From Gemmatimonadota bacterium (GTDB lineage: Bacteria; Gemmatimonadota; Gemmatimonadetes; Palauibacterales; Palauibacteraceae), in NCBI GenBank assembly GCA_965116475.1, contig OZ220691.1, forward strand, positions 416,001 to 480,000: 64,000 bases of DNA, given 5' to 3'. A program made the translations under genes and the position numbers. Positions within the stretch are counted from its first letter, which is position 1. Every line of letters begins with the position of its first letter. Under the pieces are notes generated by a model. The model was not told the DNA's origin. It made no database searches and saw only the letters and a list, made by a program, of their open reading frames with translations. This document shows positions 1 to 8,140 of this stretch, in pieces.

Positions 1-37
1 TCTCCGGGAGCAGGTCACCAGGGGGTGACAGGGGGTG

Positions 38-250
38 ATGTTGAAAACCGCATTGAGAGTTGCCGTGCACGTCGCGGTGATCGCATTGCTCTACCTGATG
101 TTCTCGTTCTCGTTGTTCCTTGGACTGCAGGTCAGCACGACCTGGGGGAACGTCGGCATGGTCGTCTCCATCGGCGCCCTCATCGCCTACGTCCTGCTGG
201 TCCTGCGCAGACGCGCCGTGCGGGTGGCAATGGAGGATAGAGACCCATGA
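38..250 (+). CDS. Small 2-TM membrane protein, upstream of and coupled to coxG
   Basis: Hydrophobic ~70-aa ORF; its TGA overlaps the ATG of the next gene (ATGA at 247-250); start GTG 35 or ATG 38. Confidence 0.6.
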   Translation: MLKTALRVAVHVAVIALLYLMFSFSLFLGLQVSTTWGNVGMVVSIGALIAYVLLVLRRRAVRVAMEDRDP

Positions 251-714
251 GAATCGAGGAAGGGTTCACGATCGACGCGCCCGCCGCCGACGTGTGGGCG
301 ATCCTCTCCGACCCGCGGCAGCTGTCGGAACTGTTGCCCGGGGCGGAAATCACGGAGCAGATCGACGACACGACGTGGGAGGGCGGCATGACCGTCAAGG
401 TGGGACCCCTCGTCGCCGCCTATACCGGGACCGTATCGTTCCTGCTGAACCAGGAGGAGCGGTCCGCGGTGATCCGCGCCCGGGGCCAGGGCAAGGCCGG
501 CATGGGCACCGCCGACATGACGATGAACAGCCGGGTGGCGGCGCTGCCCGACGGGGGTTCCGAGGTGACGATGGACTCGGATGTGACCGTCACCGGGATC
601 CTCGCGCAGCTCGGCCGCGGCATGACGCAGGTCGTCTCCAAACGGATGCTGCAGGAGTTCGTCAGGAGACTGACGAGCGCCATTGAGAACGAGGCGAAGG
701 AGGCAGGGCCATGA
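247..714 (+). CDS. coxG: CoxG / SRPBCC-family CO dehydrogenase accessory protein
   Basis: SRPBCC-like sequence (VWAILSDP..LLPGA, VKVGP, G.LAQLGRG); stop overlaps the coxM start. Confidence 0.85.
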   Translation: MRIEEGFTIDAPAADVWAILSDPRQLSELLPGAEITEQIDDTTWEGGMTVKVGPLVAAYTGTVSFLLNQEERSAVIRARGQGKAGMGTADMTMNSRVAALPDGGSEVTMDSDVTVTGILAQLGRGMTQVVSKRMLQEFVRRLTSAIENEAKEAGP

Positions 715-1649
715 TCCCCCCGCAGTTCGATTACCACGCGCCGGCAGAACTGGAAGACGCGGTCGACCTCCTCGGCGAACTCGACGACGCGAAGGTGATG
801 TCGGGCGGCCAGAGCCTCCTCCCGATGATGAAGCTTCGGCTCGCCTCTCCCGCGCACATCATCGACATCGGCCGCATTCCCGGGCTCGACACGATCGAGG
901 AACGGGACGGCTACCTGCGGATCGGCGCGCTCGTGACCGAGACGCAGCTCGAGGAATCCCCGGCGGTGGCGGAGCGCTACCCGATCCTGCTCGACACGGC
1001 CCGCGTGATCGCCGACCCGCTCGTGCGCAACCGCGCCACCGTGTGCGGCAACATCGCCCACGGCGACCCGGCGAACGACCACCCGGCGACGATGCTCGCC
1101 CTGCGCGCCCGTGTCGTCGCGACCGGGCCGAACGGCGAGCGCACCATCGACATCGACGACTTCTTCCACGGCCTCTTCATGACGGCGCTCGGGGAAGACG
1201 AGATCCTCACGGAGATCCATATCCCGGTCCCCTCCGGCGCCAGCGGCGGCGCGTACGTCAAGCTGGAGCGCAAGGTGGGCGACTACGCCGTCGCCGGCGC
1301 CGCCGTGCAGCTCACGCTGGACGAGGACGGCAAGGTGACGCAGGCGGGAGTCGGGCTCACGAACCTGGGCTTCGCGCCCATCCGCGCGACCGCCGCCGAA
1401 GAGACGCTGCTCGGCGCGGACTTCGTGCCGGCGGGCGGGCTGCGCGGCGCCATCGAGCGGGTCCGCGACGCGATCACGAAGGCGCCCGACGCCGAAGAGA
1501 TCATCGCCGCCGCCGCCCAGGCCGCGGCCGATATGACCGAGCCCGTCGAGGACCGGCGCGGCTCCGTCGAATACAAGAGGAACATGGCCCGCGTGCTGAC
1601 GGCGAGGGCCATACGCCAGGCGCTGGCGCGCGCCGGGGCCGGAGGGTAG
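711..1649 (+). CDS. coxM: CO dehydrogenase medium (FAD) subunit
   Basis: [59 protein letters not shown] motifs. Confidence 0.93.
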   Translation: MIPPQFDYHAPAELEDAVDLLGELDDAKVMSGGQSLLPMMKLRLASPAHIIDIGRIPGLDTIEERDGYLRIGALVTETQLEESPAVAERYPILLDTARVIADPLVRNRATVCGNIAHGDPANDHPATMLALRARVVATGPNGERTIDIDDFFHGLFMTALGEDEILTEIHIPVPSGASGGAYVKLERKVGDYAVAGAAVQLTLDEDGKVTQAGVGLTNLGFAPIRATAAEETLLGADFVPAGGLRGAIERVRDAITKAPDAEEIIAAAAQAAADMTEPVEDRRGSVEYKRNMARVLTARAIRQALARAGAGG

Positions 1650-1653
1650 AGCG

Positions 1654-2169
1654 ATGGCGACAATTCCGATCAGCGTCACCGTGAACGGCGAGACGCACGA
1701 GATGGAGGTCGAGTCGCGCCTGCTGCTCGTCCACCTGATCCGCGACGAACTGCGGCTCACCGGTACCCATATCGGCTGCGACACGACCCACTGCGGCGCC
1801 TGTACCGTGCTGCTCGACGGCAAGCCGACGAAGTCGTGCACCGTCCTCGCCGTGCAGGCGGACGGGGCCGAGATCGGGACCGTGGAAGGGCTCGCCGGGG
1901 CCGACGGCATGCACGCGCTCCAGGAGGGCTTCTGGGAGAAGCACGGCCTCCAGTGCGGCTTCTGCACGCCCGGCATGCTGATGACCGGCGCCGCCCTCCT
2001 CAAGGCGAACCCGAACCCGAGCGAGGCGGAGATCCGCGAGGCGATCTCCGGCAATCTCTGCCGCTGCACCGGCTACGTGAACATCGTGAAGGCGGTGCAG
2101 TACGCCGCCGAGAAGATGGGCGCCGCCGCCGAAACCGCGAACGCCGCGACCGACGGGGAGGACAGCTGA
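1654..2169 (+). CDS. coxS: CO dehydrogenase small [2Fe-2S] subunit
   Basis: [12 protein letters not shown] and QCGFCTPG...GNLCRCTGY iron-sulfur motifs. Confidence 0.95.
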   Translation: MATIPISVTVNGETHEMEVESRLLLVHLIRDELRLTGTHIGCDTTHCGACTVLLDGKPTKSCTVLAVQADGAEIGTVEGLAGADGMHALQEGFWEKHGLQCGFCTPGMLMTGAALLKANPNPSEAEIREAISGNLCRCTGYVNIVKAVQYAAEKMGAAAETANAATDGEDS

Positions 2170-4535
2170 TGGCACCGAAGACTTCCGCCGACATCTGCGG
2201 CATGGGGCACTCCATGAAGCGCAAGGAGGATCCGCGCTTCCTGCAGGGCAAAGGCAACTACATCGACGACATCGTCCTCCCCGGCATGCTGTGGCTCGAC
2301 ATCGTCCGCAGCCCGATCGCCTACGGGAAGATCAACGGCATCGACTCGAGCAAGGCGCTGGAGGTGCCCGGCGTGCTCGCCGTCCTCACCGGCAAGGACC
2401 TCGAGGCGTACAACCTGCACTGGATGCCGACGCTGATGTCGGACACGCAGATGGTGCTCCCCACGGACACCATCATGTACCAGTCGCAGGAGGTCGCCGC
2501 CGTCATCGCCACCTCGCGCTACGCCGCCGCCGACGGGGTGGCCGCGGTCGAGGTCGACTACGAGCCCATGAAGCCCGTCATCGACCCCTTCAAGGCGCTC
2601 GAGGAGGACGCGCCCGTCCTCCGCACCGACAAGGAGGGCCAGACCGACAACCGCATCTGGCACTGGGAGGCCGGCGACAAGGCGGCCACCGACAAGGTGT
2701 TCGAGGAGGCGGACGTCGTCGTGCGCGAGAGCATGCACGTGCCGCGCATCCACGTGGCCTCCATCGAGACGTGCGGCTGCGTGGCCGACTTCAACGCCGT
2801 CGAGGGCCACCTCACCGTCTACATGACGAGCCAGGCCCCCCACGCGATCCGCACCGTGCTCGCGCTGGTGGCCGGACACGTCGGGCTCTCCGAGGAGAAG
2901 ATCCGCGTCGTGTCGCCCGACATCGGGGGCGGCTTCGGCGGCAAGGTGCCGGTCTACCCCGGCTACGTGATCGCGATCGCGGCCTCCGTCGTGCTGGGCA
3001 AGCCGGTCAAGTGGATCGAGGACCGGATGGAGAACCTCCAGGCCGACTCCTTCGCGCGCGACTACCACATGGACGCCGAACTCGCCGCCGACGCCGACGG
3101 GAAGATCCGCGGGCTCCGCATCAAGACGCTCGCGGACCACGGCTACTCCGACGCCCAGGCCGCGCCCTCCAAGTTCCCCGCCGGGCTCTTCTCCATCTGC
3201 ACCGGCTCGTACGACATGGAGCAGGCCTACGCCGAGGTGGACGCCGTCTACACGAACAAGCCGCCCGGCGGCGTCGCCTACCGCTGCTCCTTCCGCGTGA
3301 CCGAGGCCGTGCACTGCATGGAGCGCGTCGTCGACACGCTGGCCCACAAGATCGGTAAGGATCCGGCGCAACTGCGCGAGGAGAACTTCATCCCGAAGGA
3401 GGCCTTCCCCTACCAGTCGCCCCTGGGCTGGGAGTACGACAGCGGCGATTACCAGGCCGCGATGGACAAGGCCAAGGAGATGATCGGCTACGACGACCTG
3501 CGCCGCGAGCAGGCCGAGAAGCGCGCCCGCGGCGAACTGATGGGGATCGGCGTATGCAGCTTCACCGAGGTGCTGGGCGCGGGGCCGTCCAAGGACTTCG
3601 ACATCCTCGGCATCAAGATGTTCGACTCCGCCGAGGTGCGCGTACACCCCACCGGCAAAGCGATCGCCCGCTTCGGCACCAAGTCGCAGGGCCAGGGCCA
3701 CGAGACCACCTACGCGCAGATCATCGCCGAGGAACTCGGCCTCCCCGCCGCACACGTCCAGGTCGAGGAGGGCGACACCGACACCGCCCCGTACGGCCTG
3801 GGCACCTACGCCAGCCGCTCGACCCCGACCGCCGGCGCCGCGGGCGCGATGGCCGCACGCCAGATCCGCGCCAAGGCCGCGAAGATCGCCGCCCACCTGA
3901 TGGAGGTGAGCGAGGAGGACCTCGAGTGGGAGCCCGGGAAGTTCTCCGTGAAGGGCGCCCCCGACCGGTTCGTGACGATCCAGGACTGCGCCTTCGCCGC
4001 CTACACGAACCTCCCCGAGGGAATGGAGCCGGGGATGGAGGCGACGAACTACTACGACCCGCCCAACCTCACCTTCCCCTTCGGCACGTACATCTGCGTG
4101 GTCGACATCGACCGCGGCACCGGCGAGGTGACGGTGCGCCGCTTCGTGGCCGTGGACGACTGCGGCAATATCATCAACCCCATGATCGTGCAGGGCCAGA
4201 TCCACGGCGGCCTCACCCAGGGCATCGGTCCCGCGCTGTTCGAGGAGATCCCCTACGACGAGGACGGCAACAACCTCGCCGGCTCGTTCATGGACTACCT
4301 CGTCCCCACCTCCATGGAGACCCCCGCCTGGGAGACCGGCCACACCGTCACGCCGTCACCCCACCACCCCCTCGGCGCCAAGGGCGTCGGCGAGTCCGCC
4401 ACCGTGGGCGCGCCACCGGCGATCGCGAACGCCGTCGTGGACGCGCTCGCGCACCTGGGCGTGACGCACCTCGACATCCCCATCACCCCCGACAAGGTGT
4501 GGGCGGTCCTCCACAGAAAAGGACTCACCGAGTGA
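2169..4535 (+). CDS. coxL: Form I aerobic CO dehydrogenase large (Mo-Cu) subunit
   Basis: Active-site AYRCSFR motif (3276-3296), diagnostic of form I; ATG 2169 overlaps the coxS stop, so the ORF-track extension from 1836 is not used. Confidence 0.95.
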   Translation: MAPKTSADICGMGHSMKRKEDPRFLQGKGNYIDDIVLPGMLWLDIVRSPIAYGKINGIDSSKALEVPGVLAVLTGKDLEAYNLHWMPTLMSDTQMVLPTDTIMYQSQEVAAVIATSRYAAADGVAAVEVDYEPMKPVIDPFKALEEDAPVLRTDKEGQTDNRIWHWEAGDKAATDKVFEEADVVVRESMHVPRIHVASIETCGCVADFNAVEGHLTVYMTSQAPHAIRTVLALVAGHVGLSEEKIRVVSPDIGGGFGGKVPVYPGYVIAIAASVVLGKPVKWIEDRMENLQADSFARDYHMDAELAADADGKIRGLRIKTLADHGYSDAQAAPSKFPAGLFSICTGSYDMEQAYAEVDAVYTNKPPGGVAYRCSFRVTEAVHCMERVVDTLAHKIGKDPAQLREENFIPKEAFPYQSPLGWEYDSGDYQAAMDKAKEMIGYDDLRREQAEKRARGELMGIGVCSFTEVLGAGPSKDFDILGIKMFDSAEVRVHPTGKAIARFGTKSQGQGHETTYAQIIAEELGLPAAHVQVEEGDTDTAPYGLGTYASRSTPTAGAAGAMAARQIRAKAAKIAAHLMEVSEEDLEWEPGKFSVKGAPDRFVTIQDCAFAAYTNLPEGMEPGMEATNYYDPPNLTFPFGTYICVVDIDRGTGEVTVRRFVAVDDCGNIINPMIVQGQIHGGLTQGIGPALFEEIPYDEDGNNLAGSFMDYLVPTSMETPAWETGHTVTPSPHHPLGAKGVGESATVGAPPAIANAVVDALAHLGVTHLDIPITPDKVWAVLHRKGLTE

Positions 4536-4631
4536 AGATTGCCAAGCTGCTTCCAACCTATCGGTCCCACCGGCTCGACCCTTGCTCCTCCTTTTCTTCC
4601 CCCAACGTACTCCTGCGCAGAAAGGATACCG

Positions 4632-5030
4632 ATGCCTGATACTAACTATGTCGCAAATTATGCGGCACGCATTACCCGCATTCTCCCCACAGAATTTGTC
4701 GGTGCCTATCTCACCGTAACCCAAGTCGTCCGGCATAACCTTGACTTCCGCCAGCCCGCACTGTTGTTGTCACTGTTTGTTTGTTTATTCCTCATCCCTA
4801 CGTTCCTTACTCGGATCAAGGGGATCAACAATCGGCAACATCACCGCGTCGTCCAGATCTCCTTTCTCGTCTGGGTCTACGCACTCGGAGACTTGTTTCA
4901 GCCCGGACGACTGCTCCCTTATGACCTGTATCATCCAGAACTTGGCACAGTCCTTCTTGTCCTTTGGGGCCTCGTTCCCCTCGTATTGCACATTGAACCC
5001 CATGCGGAGGTACAAGACAATGGTAGCTAA
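4632..5030 (+). CDS. Hypothetical 3-4 TM membrane protein (lower GC)
   Basis: AAAGGA SD-like sequence before ATG 4632; hydrophobic segments; YAARITRILPTEFVGAYL N-terminal motif; overlaps the next ORF. Confidence 0.65.
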   Translation: MPDTNYVANYAARITRILPTEFVGAYLTVTQVVRHNLDFRQPALLLSLFVCLFLIPTFLTRIKGINNRQHHRVVQISFLVWVYALGDLFQPGRLLPYDLYHPELGTVLLVLWGLVPLVLHIEPHAEVQDNGS

Positions 5031-5823
5031 CCGTCCACTCCCGTGCTGCCGTATCGTGATGGCCGCGATCATGCTTTCGATCGCACCAAGTGGATCCTAT
5101 GCTCAAATAGATGTGTATCCGAAGCTTGACCCCTATCACTCGAAACGTCTCTTTTTTGAAACGAGTCCGTTCGGCACGCTCGCCCTTATGCCCAATGTGA
5201 GGTCTCCATCTCAAGCGAAGCTCGAACACCAATATATGGCATTCCCAAAGAGCGGATCATATGACATTCCAGCGCGTTCCGAGTGGTGGTTTGTCGTCAA
5301 TCATAGAAAAAGCGTGGCCGCAACAGATGACTATACATATGTCGGTGTTTTTATAGCCAGGTTGTTGTCGGCAGAACAGATAGAGCCGCTAAAACTACAG
5401 CGCAACGAGGGTTGGTACAGCGGACAAGATCTCGATGCCATGGATGAGGACTTTATCTCGTGGAGCAATTTCTTCGTACTTCAAGATTCTGACGCGGAAG
5501 AAGCTTTTCGACAGGAGTATGGCGAATGGCACGCTCTCCCTGATTCGGAGGCAAGGAATTCTTCTTGGTTTCATCGCGACAGGTGGCTTAGTGACGATAG
5601 TATCAATAGTTGCTTTGGGGATGTTATTGGTCAAGAGCCCGACTCGTCTTTCATCTCATATCGCGCCCATCTCATTCGATTTCAGGTCACGTCAGGAGTG
5701 AACACGCAAAGACCTGTGGCGTGGAACGTCGCTGAACTGAACATGGCTCGTGGTATATTTGTAAAGACGTTTTCGCCGGAAGGCGTTGGGCTAAATCTGG
5801 AGTACTGTTTGGCTCTCCGATAG
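5020..5823 (+). CDS. Hypothetical secreted protein (lower GC)
   Basis: ATG 5020 overlaps the upstream gene; signal-peptide-like N-terminus ending SYA-Q; 267-aa open frame in AT-richer DNA. Confidence 0.6.
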   Translation: MVANRPLPCCRIVMAAIMLSIAPSGSYAQIDVYPKLDPYHSKRLFFETSPFGTLALMPNVRSPSQAKLEHQYMAFPKSGSYDIPARSEWWFVVNHRKSVAATDDYTYVGVFIARLLSAEQIEPLKLQRNEGWYSGQDLDAMDEDFISWSNFFVLQDSDAEEAFRQEYGEWHALPDSEARNSSWFHRDRWLSDDSINSCFGDVIGQEPDSSFISYRAHLIRFQVTSGVNTQRPVAWNVAELNMARGIFVKTFSPEGVGLNLEYCLALR

Positions 5824-5905
5824 CCAATTGTCAGCTTGGTGCAGAAACTGTCGATCGATTCGGTCCCTTACGATGAACTGAAGGGCCGTTCGGGCGGTCT
5901 CGGAT

Positions 5906-6342
5906 TGGAGTTGCCCCGCTCTCACGGACACCTTTCCATTGGGCCAACCAAGGAAATGTGTCGTGGCGGCAGGAGCGGGGCGGTACCCGCCGGAGTACCG
6001 GGAGCGGCTGGTCGAGCTTGCGCGGTCCGGTCGTAGCGCGCGCTCGGGAGTTCGATCCCTTCGGAGTAGACGATCCGCAACTGGGTCAAGCAGGCGGAGC
6101 TGGACGAGGGGGAACGGAGTGACGGGCTGACGGCGGAAGCGCGGAGCGAGATGTCGCATCTGCGTCGTGAGAACGGGCGGCTCCGGACGGAGCGGGACAT
6201 CCCAAAAAATGGCCGTGGCCTGGTTCGCGAAGGAGAGCGGATCGATCCCCGGCGGGGGTACACGTTCATGAAGGCGCACCGGGCCGAGTTCTCGCTCCGC
6301 GCCATGTGCCGGGTGCTGGGTCTCTCCTCCAGTGGGTACTAC
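5906..6342 (+). mobile_element. Degenerate IS3-family insertion sequence remnant (left end, broken orfA, start of orfB)
   Basis: TGGAGTTGCCCC...GGACAC left end; orfA fragments YPPEYRERLVELARSGRS / TIRNWVKQAELDEG / LRRENGRLRTERDI with an in-frame TAG and frameshifts; A-run at the orfA/orfB junction; orfB start FMKAHRAEFSLRAMCRVLGLSSSGYY then truncated. Confidence 0.85.
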
Positions 6343-6604
6343 ATCGTGGACCTCATGGACGGCGACCGCGGCGCCTATTGGGAAGGGGGGGGGGGGGGGG
6401 TCGCCCAAGCGCTTGACAAACCAGTCGGATACATCATGCACCAAGCAGCCTTCGATGAGACCGAGGCGCACTTCGACACGAACCACTAACACGATCGTTT
6501 TTGGGGGGCCGGGAAAGACAGATGATCAGTTCGTAGAAGAACTCATCGCCACGCTTCGGCGATACCCTAGTCGGCTGGACCTTTGGGATATCCTCAGGAG
6601 GTAG
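6343..6604 (+). pseudogene. C-terminal remnant of a nucleoside 2-deoxyribosyltransferase-like protein
   Basis: IVDL..DRGAYWE(G)n.AQALDKPVGYI...FDETEAHFDTNH then frameshifted TIVF...FVEELIATLRR, resembling the xADLT..N.GAYWEAGYAEGLGKPVIY pattern recalled for this family. Confidence 0.5.
6385..6400. repeat. G16 homopolymer
   Basis: 16 consecutive G. Confidence 0.9.
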
Positions 6605-6623
6605 ATGGTAAGAGGCAAACGGG

Positions 6624-8090
6624 TCAGCGTGGGTCGGCCTCTACTGCTGCTGCGAAACGACCAATCCAACGCTCAATAAAGCTCCCATCCTCCCCTTGGT
6701 CGATCGTAACCGGGGACTTTGCCAGCTCAATCCTATGAAGCCCTCCGCGCAGCGCCCACTGAGCATTCTCACTCGCGGGAGGAAGCGAGAATGGGTTCAC
6801 ACGGGCTCTCTCAGCGAACAGCGCGCCAATCCTGAAGGCAAGCTCATACCATCGACAGCCACTGTCACTTCGCTGTACATACCACAGGGAATGAGACTGG
6901 CCTTCATGTCCATCTCGATCACGAGGAATACTCAACGTTATTGCCGTAGATGCTACCACGGTGCCCTCCAAACGACCGTGTTCAGGCAGCATTGCGTTCT
7001 CGCTCTTGATTGGCTCCACGTCGAGAGTCGCGCTCCCCAGCGTAAACCGCCACCCTGAGACCTCATCGCCACTTACTTCAGAGGCTGATGCAAGAGAGCA
7101 AATCCGCCGTTCAAGTAGTTCAATCATACGTTTCAAAGATGCTTTCGCGGCTACTCGCAGTTGTTCCCTACGCTCTCGGTCAGACCGATCGCGCGACGCA
7201 GTCCTAGCGCGCTCCATCCGCTGACGAACCACTCCCAAGTTCGCCTCCTGAAGACGTTGCGCGGCCTCCGATTCCGGCTGAGCTAACTGCTGCAGTCTCG
7301 CCAACACATTGGTGGCAGACGGGCGCGCACGTGGCTCCTTGTACAAGCACTCCTCGACCATCGATGCCACCCTAGGAGGAATATCGGCGATCGGCTTGGG
7401 TGAGTCGTGGAGATGTTGTTGACGGAAATCGTTCCGGTCTGGTCCTCGAAACGGAAGCGTCCCAGCCAGCAACTCATAGGCAACGACGCCAAACGAATAG
7501 ATGTCTGTGGCGCTCGACGCAGTCTCGCCCCGCCACTGCTCCGGTGCCGCATACGCGGGCGTCCAGACGAACTTCCGCGTTTCGGTGACCGTGGTGGCGT
7601 CGGCATACTTAGAGATACCGAAGTCTGCAAGACGCCAACAGGCATTGAGCTCGAGTATGTTGGCAGGTTTGACGTCCCGGTGGATAATGCGGCCATCCAT
7701 GGAAGCGAGGGCCTCCGCGATATCGACGAGAATTCCCTTGGCGTCATCTACTGAGAGTGGCGTAGTCGGACTCGAGAGGAAGGCAGCCAAGGTTCGTTCG
7801 GCCCTCGGCATCAGAATGACCCAGTAATCATTCCACTCTCCGCGATCCAACACAGGTATCACGTTCCGGAGATCTGCAAGGTCCGGAAATAAGAGTTCGC
7901 GATCAGCTCCGGGGTCCTTGGGAATGAACTTGGCGACATGGGGTTCGGCGCCAGCGGATTCCACTAGGAACACTCTGCCAAATCCGCCTGAGCCTATCTG
8001 TTCTCTCACGGACCAATCTTGCCCAAGGCGCACCGTCCGTGGTGGCTGGAAGTTGAACACTGGAATGGTAGGTCCTTTCTGGTCGATCAA
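6624..8090 (-). CDS. Hanks-type Ser/Thr protein kinase with uncharacterised C-terminal domain
   Basis: GSGGFGRV, VAK, HRDVKPANI, DFG, APE, DIYSFG motifs; coiled-coil-like linker then ~190-aa C-terminal domain; no TM; start codon uncertain. Confidence 0.9.
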   Translation of the reverse strand: MIDQKGPTIPVFNFQPPRTVRLGQDWSVREQIGSGGFGRVFLVESAGAEPHVAKFIPKDPGADRELLFPDLADLRNVIPVLDRGEWNDYWVILMPRAERTLAAFLSSPTTPLSVDDAKGILVDIAEALASMDGRIIHRDVKPANILELNACWRLADFGISKYADATTVTETRKFVWTPAYAAPEQWRGETASSATDIYSFGVVAYELLAGTLPFRGPDRNDFRQQHLHDSPKPIADIPPRVASMVEECLYKEPRARPSATNVLARLQQLAQPESEAAQRLQEANLGVVRQRMERARTASRDRSDRERREQLRVAAKASLKRMIELLERRICSLASASEVSGDEVSGWRFTLGSATLDVEPIKSENAMLPEHGRLEGTVVASTAITLSIPRDRDGHEGQSHSLWYVQRSDSGCRWYELAFRIGALFAERARVNPFSLPPASENAQWALRGGLHRIELAKSPVTIDQGEDGSFIERWIGRFAAAVEADPR

Positions 8091-8140
8091 GCCGCGGCAC
8101 GGGTTGGCGCATAGGTGAGCTGGTGGGAACCACTGGTTAC

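Noticed and set aside
420..4343. Minus-strand ORFs of 549 and 756 aa
   Set aside because: Antisense to coxMSL, which carry clear motifs.
6385..6400. G16 as a functional phase-variation switch
   Set aside because: It lies in a fragment that lacks its 5' part and has another frameshift, so no tract length restores a gene.
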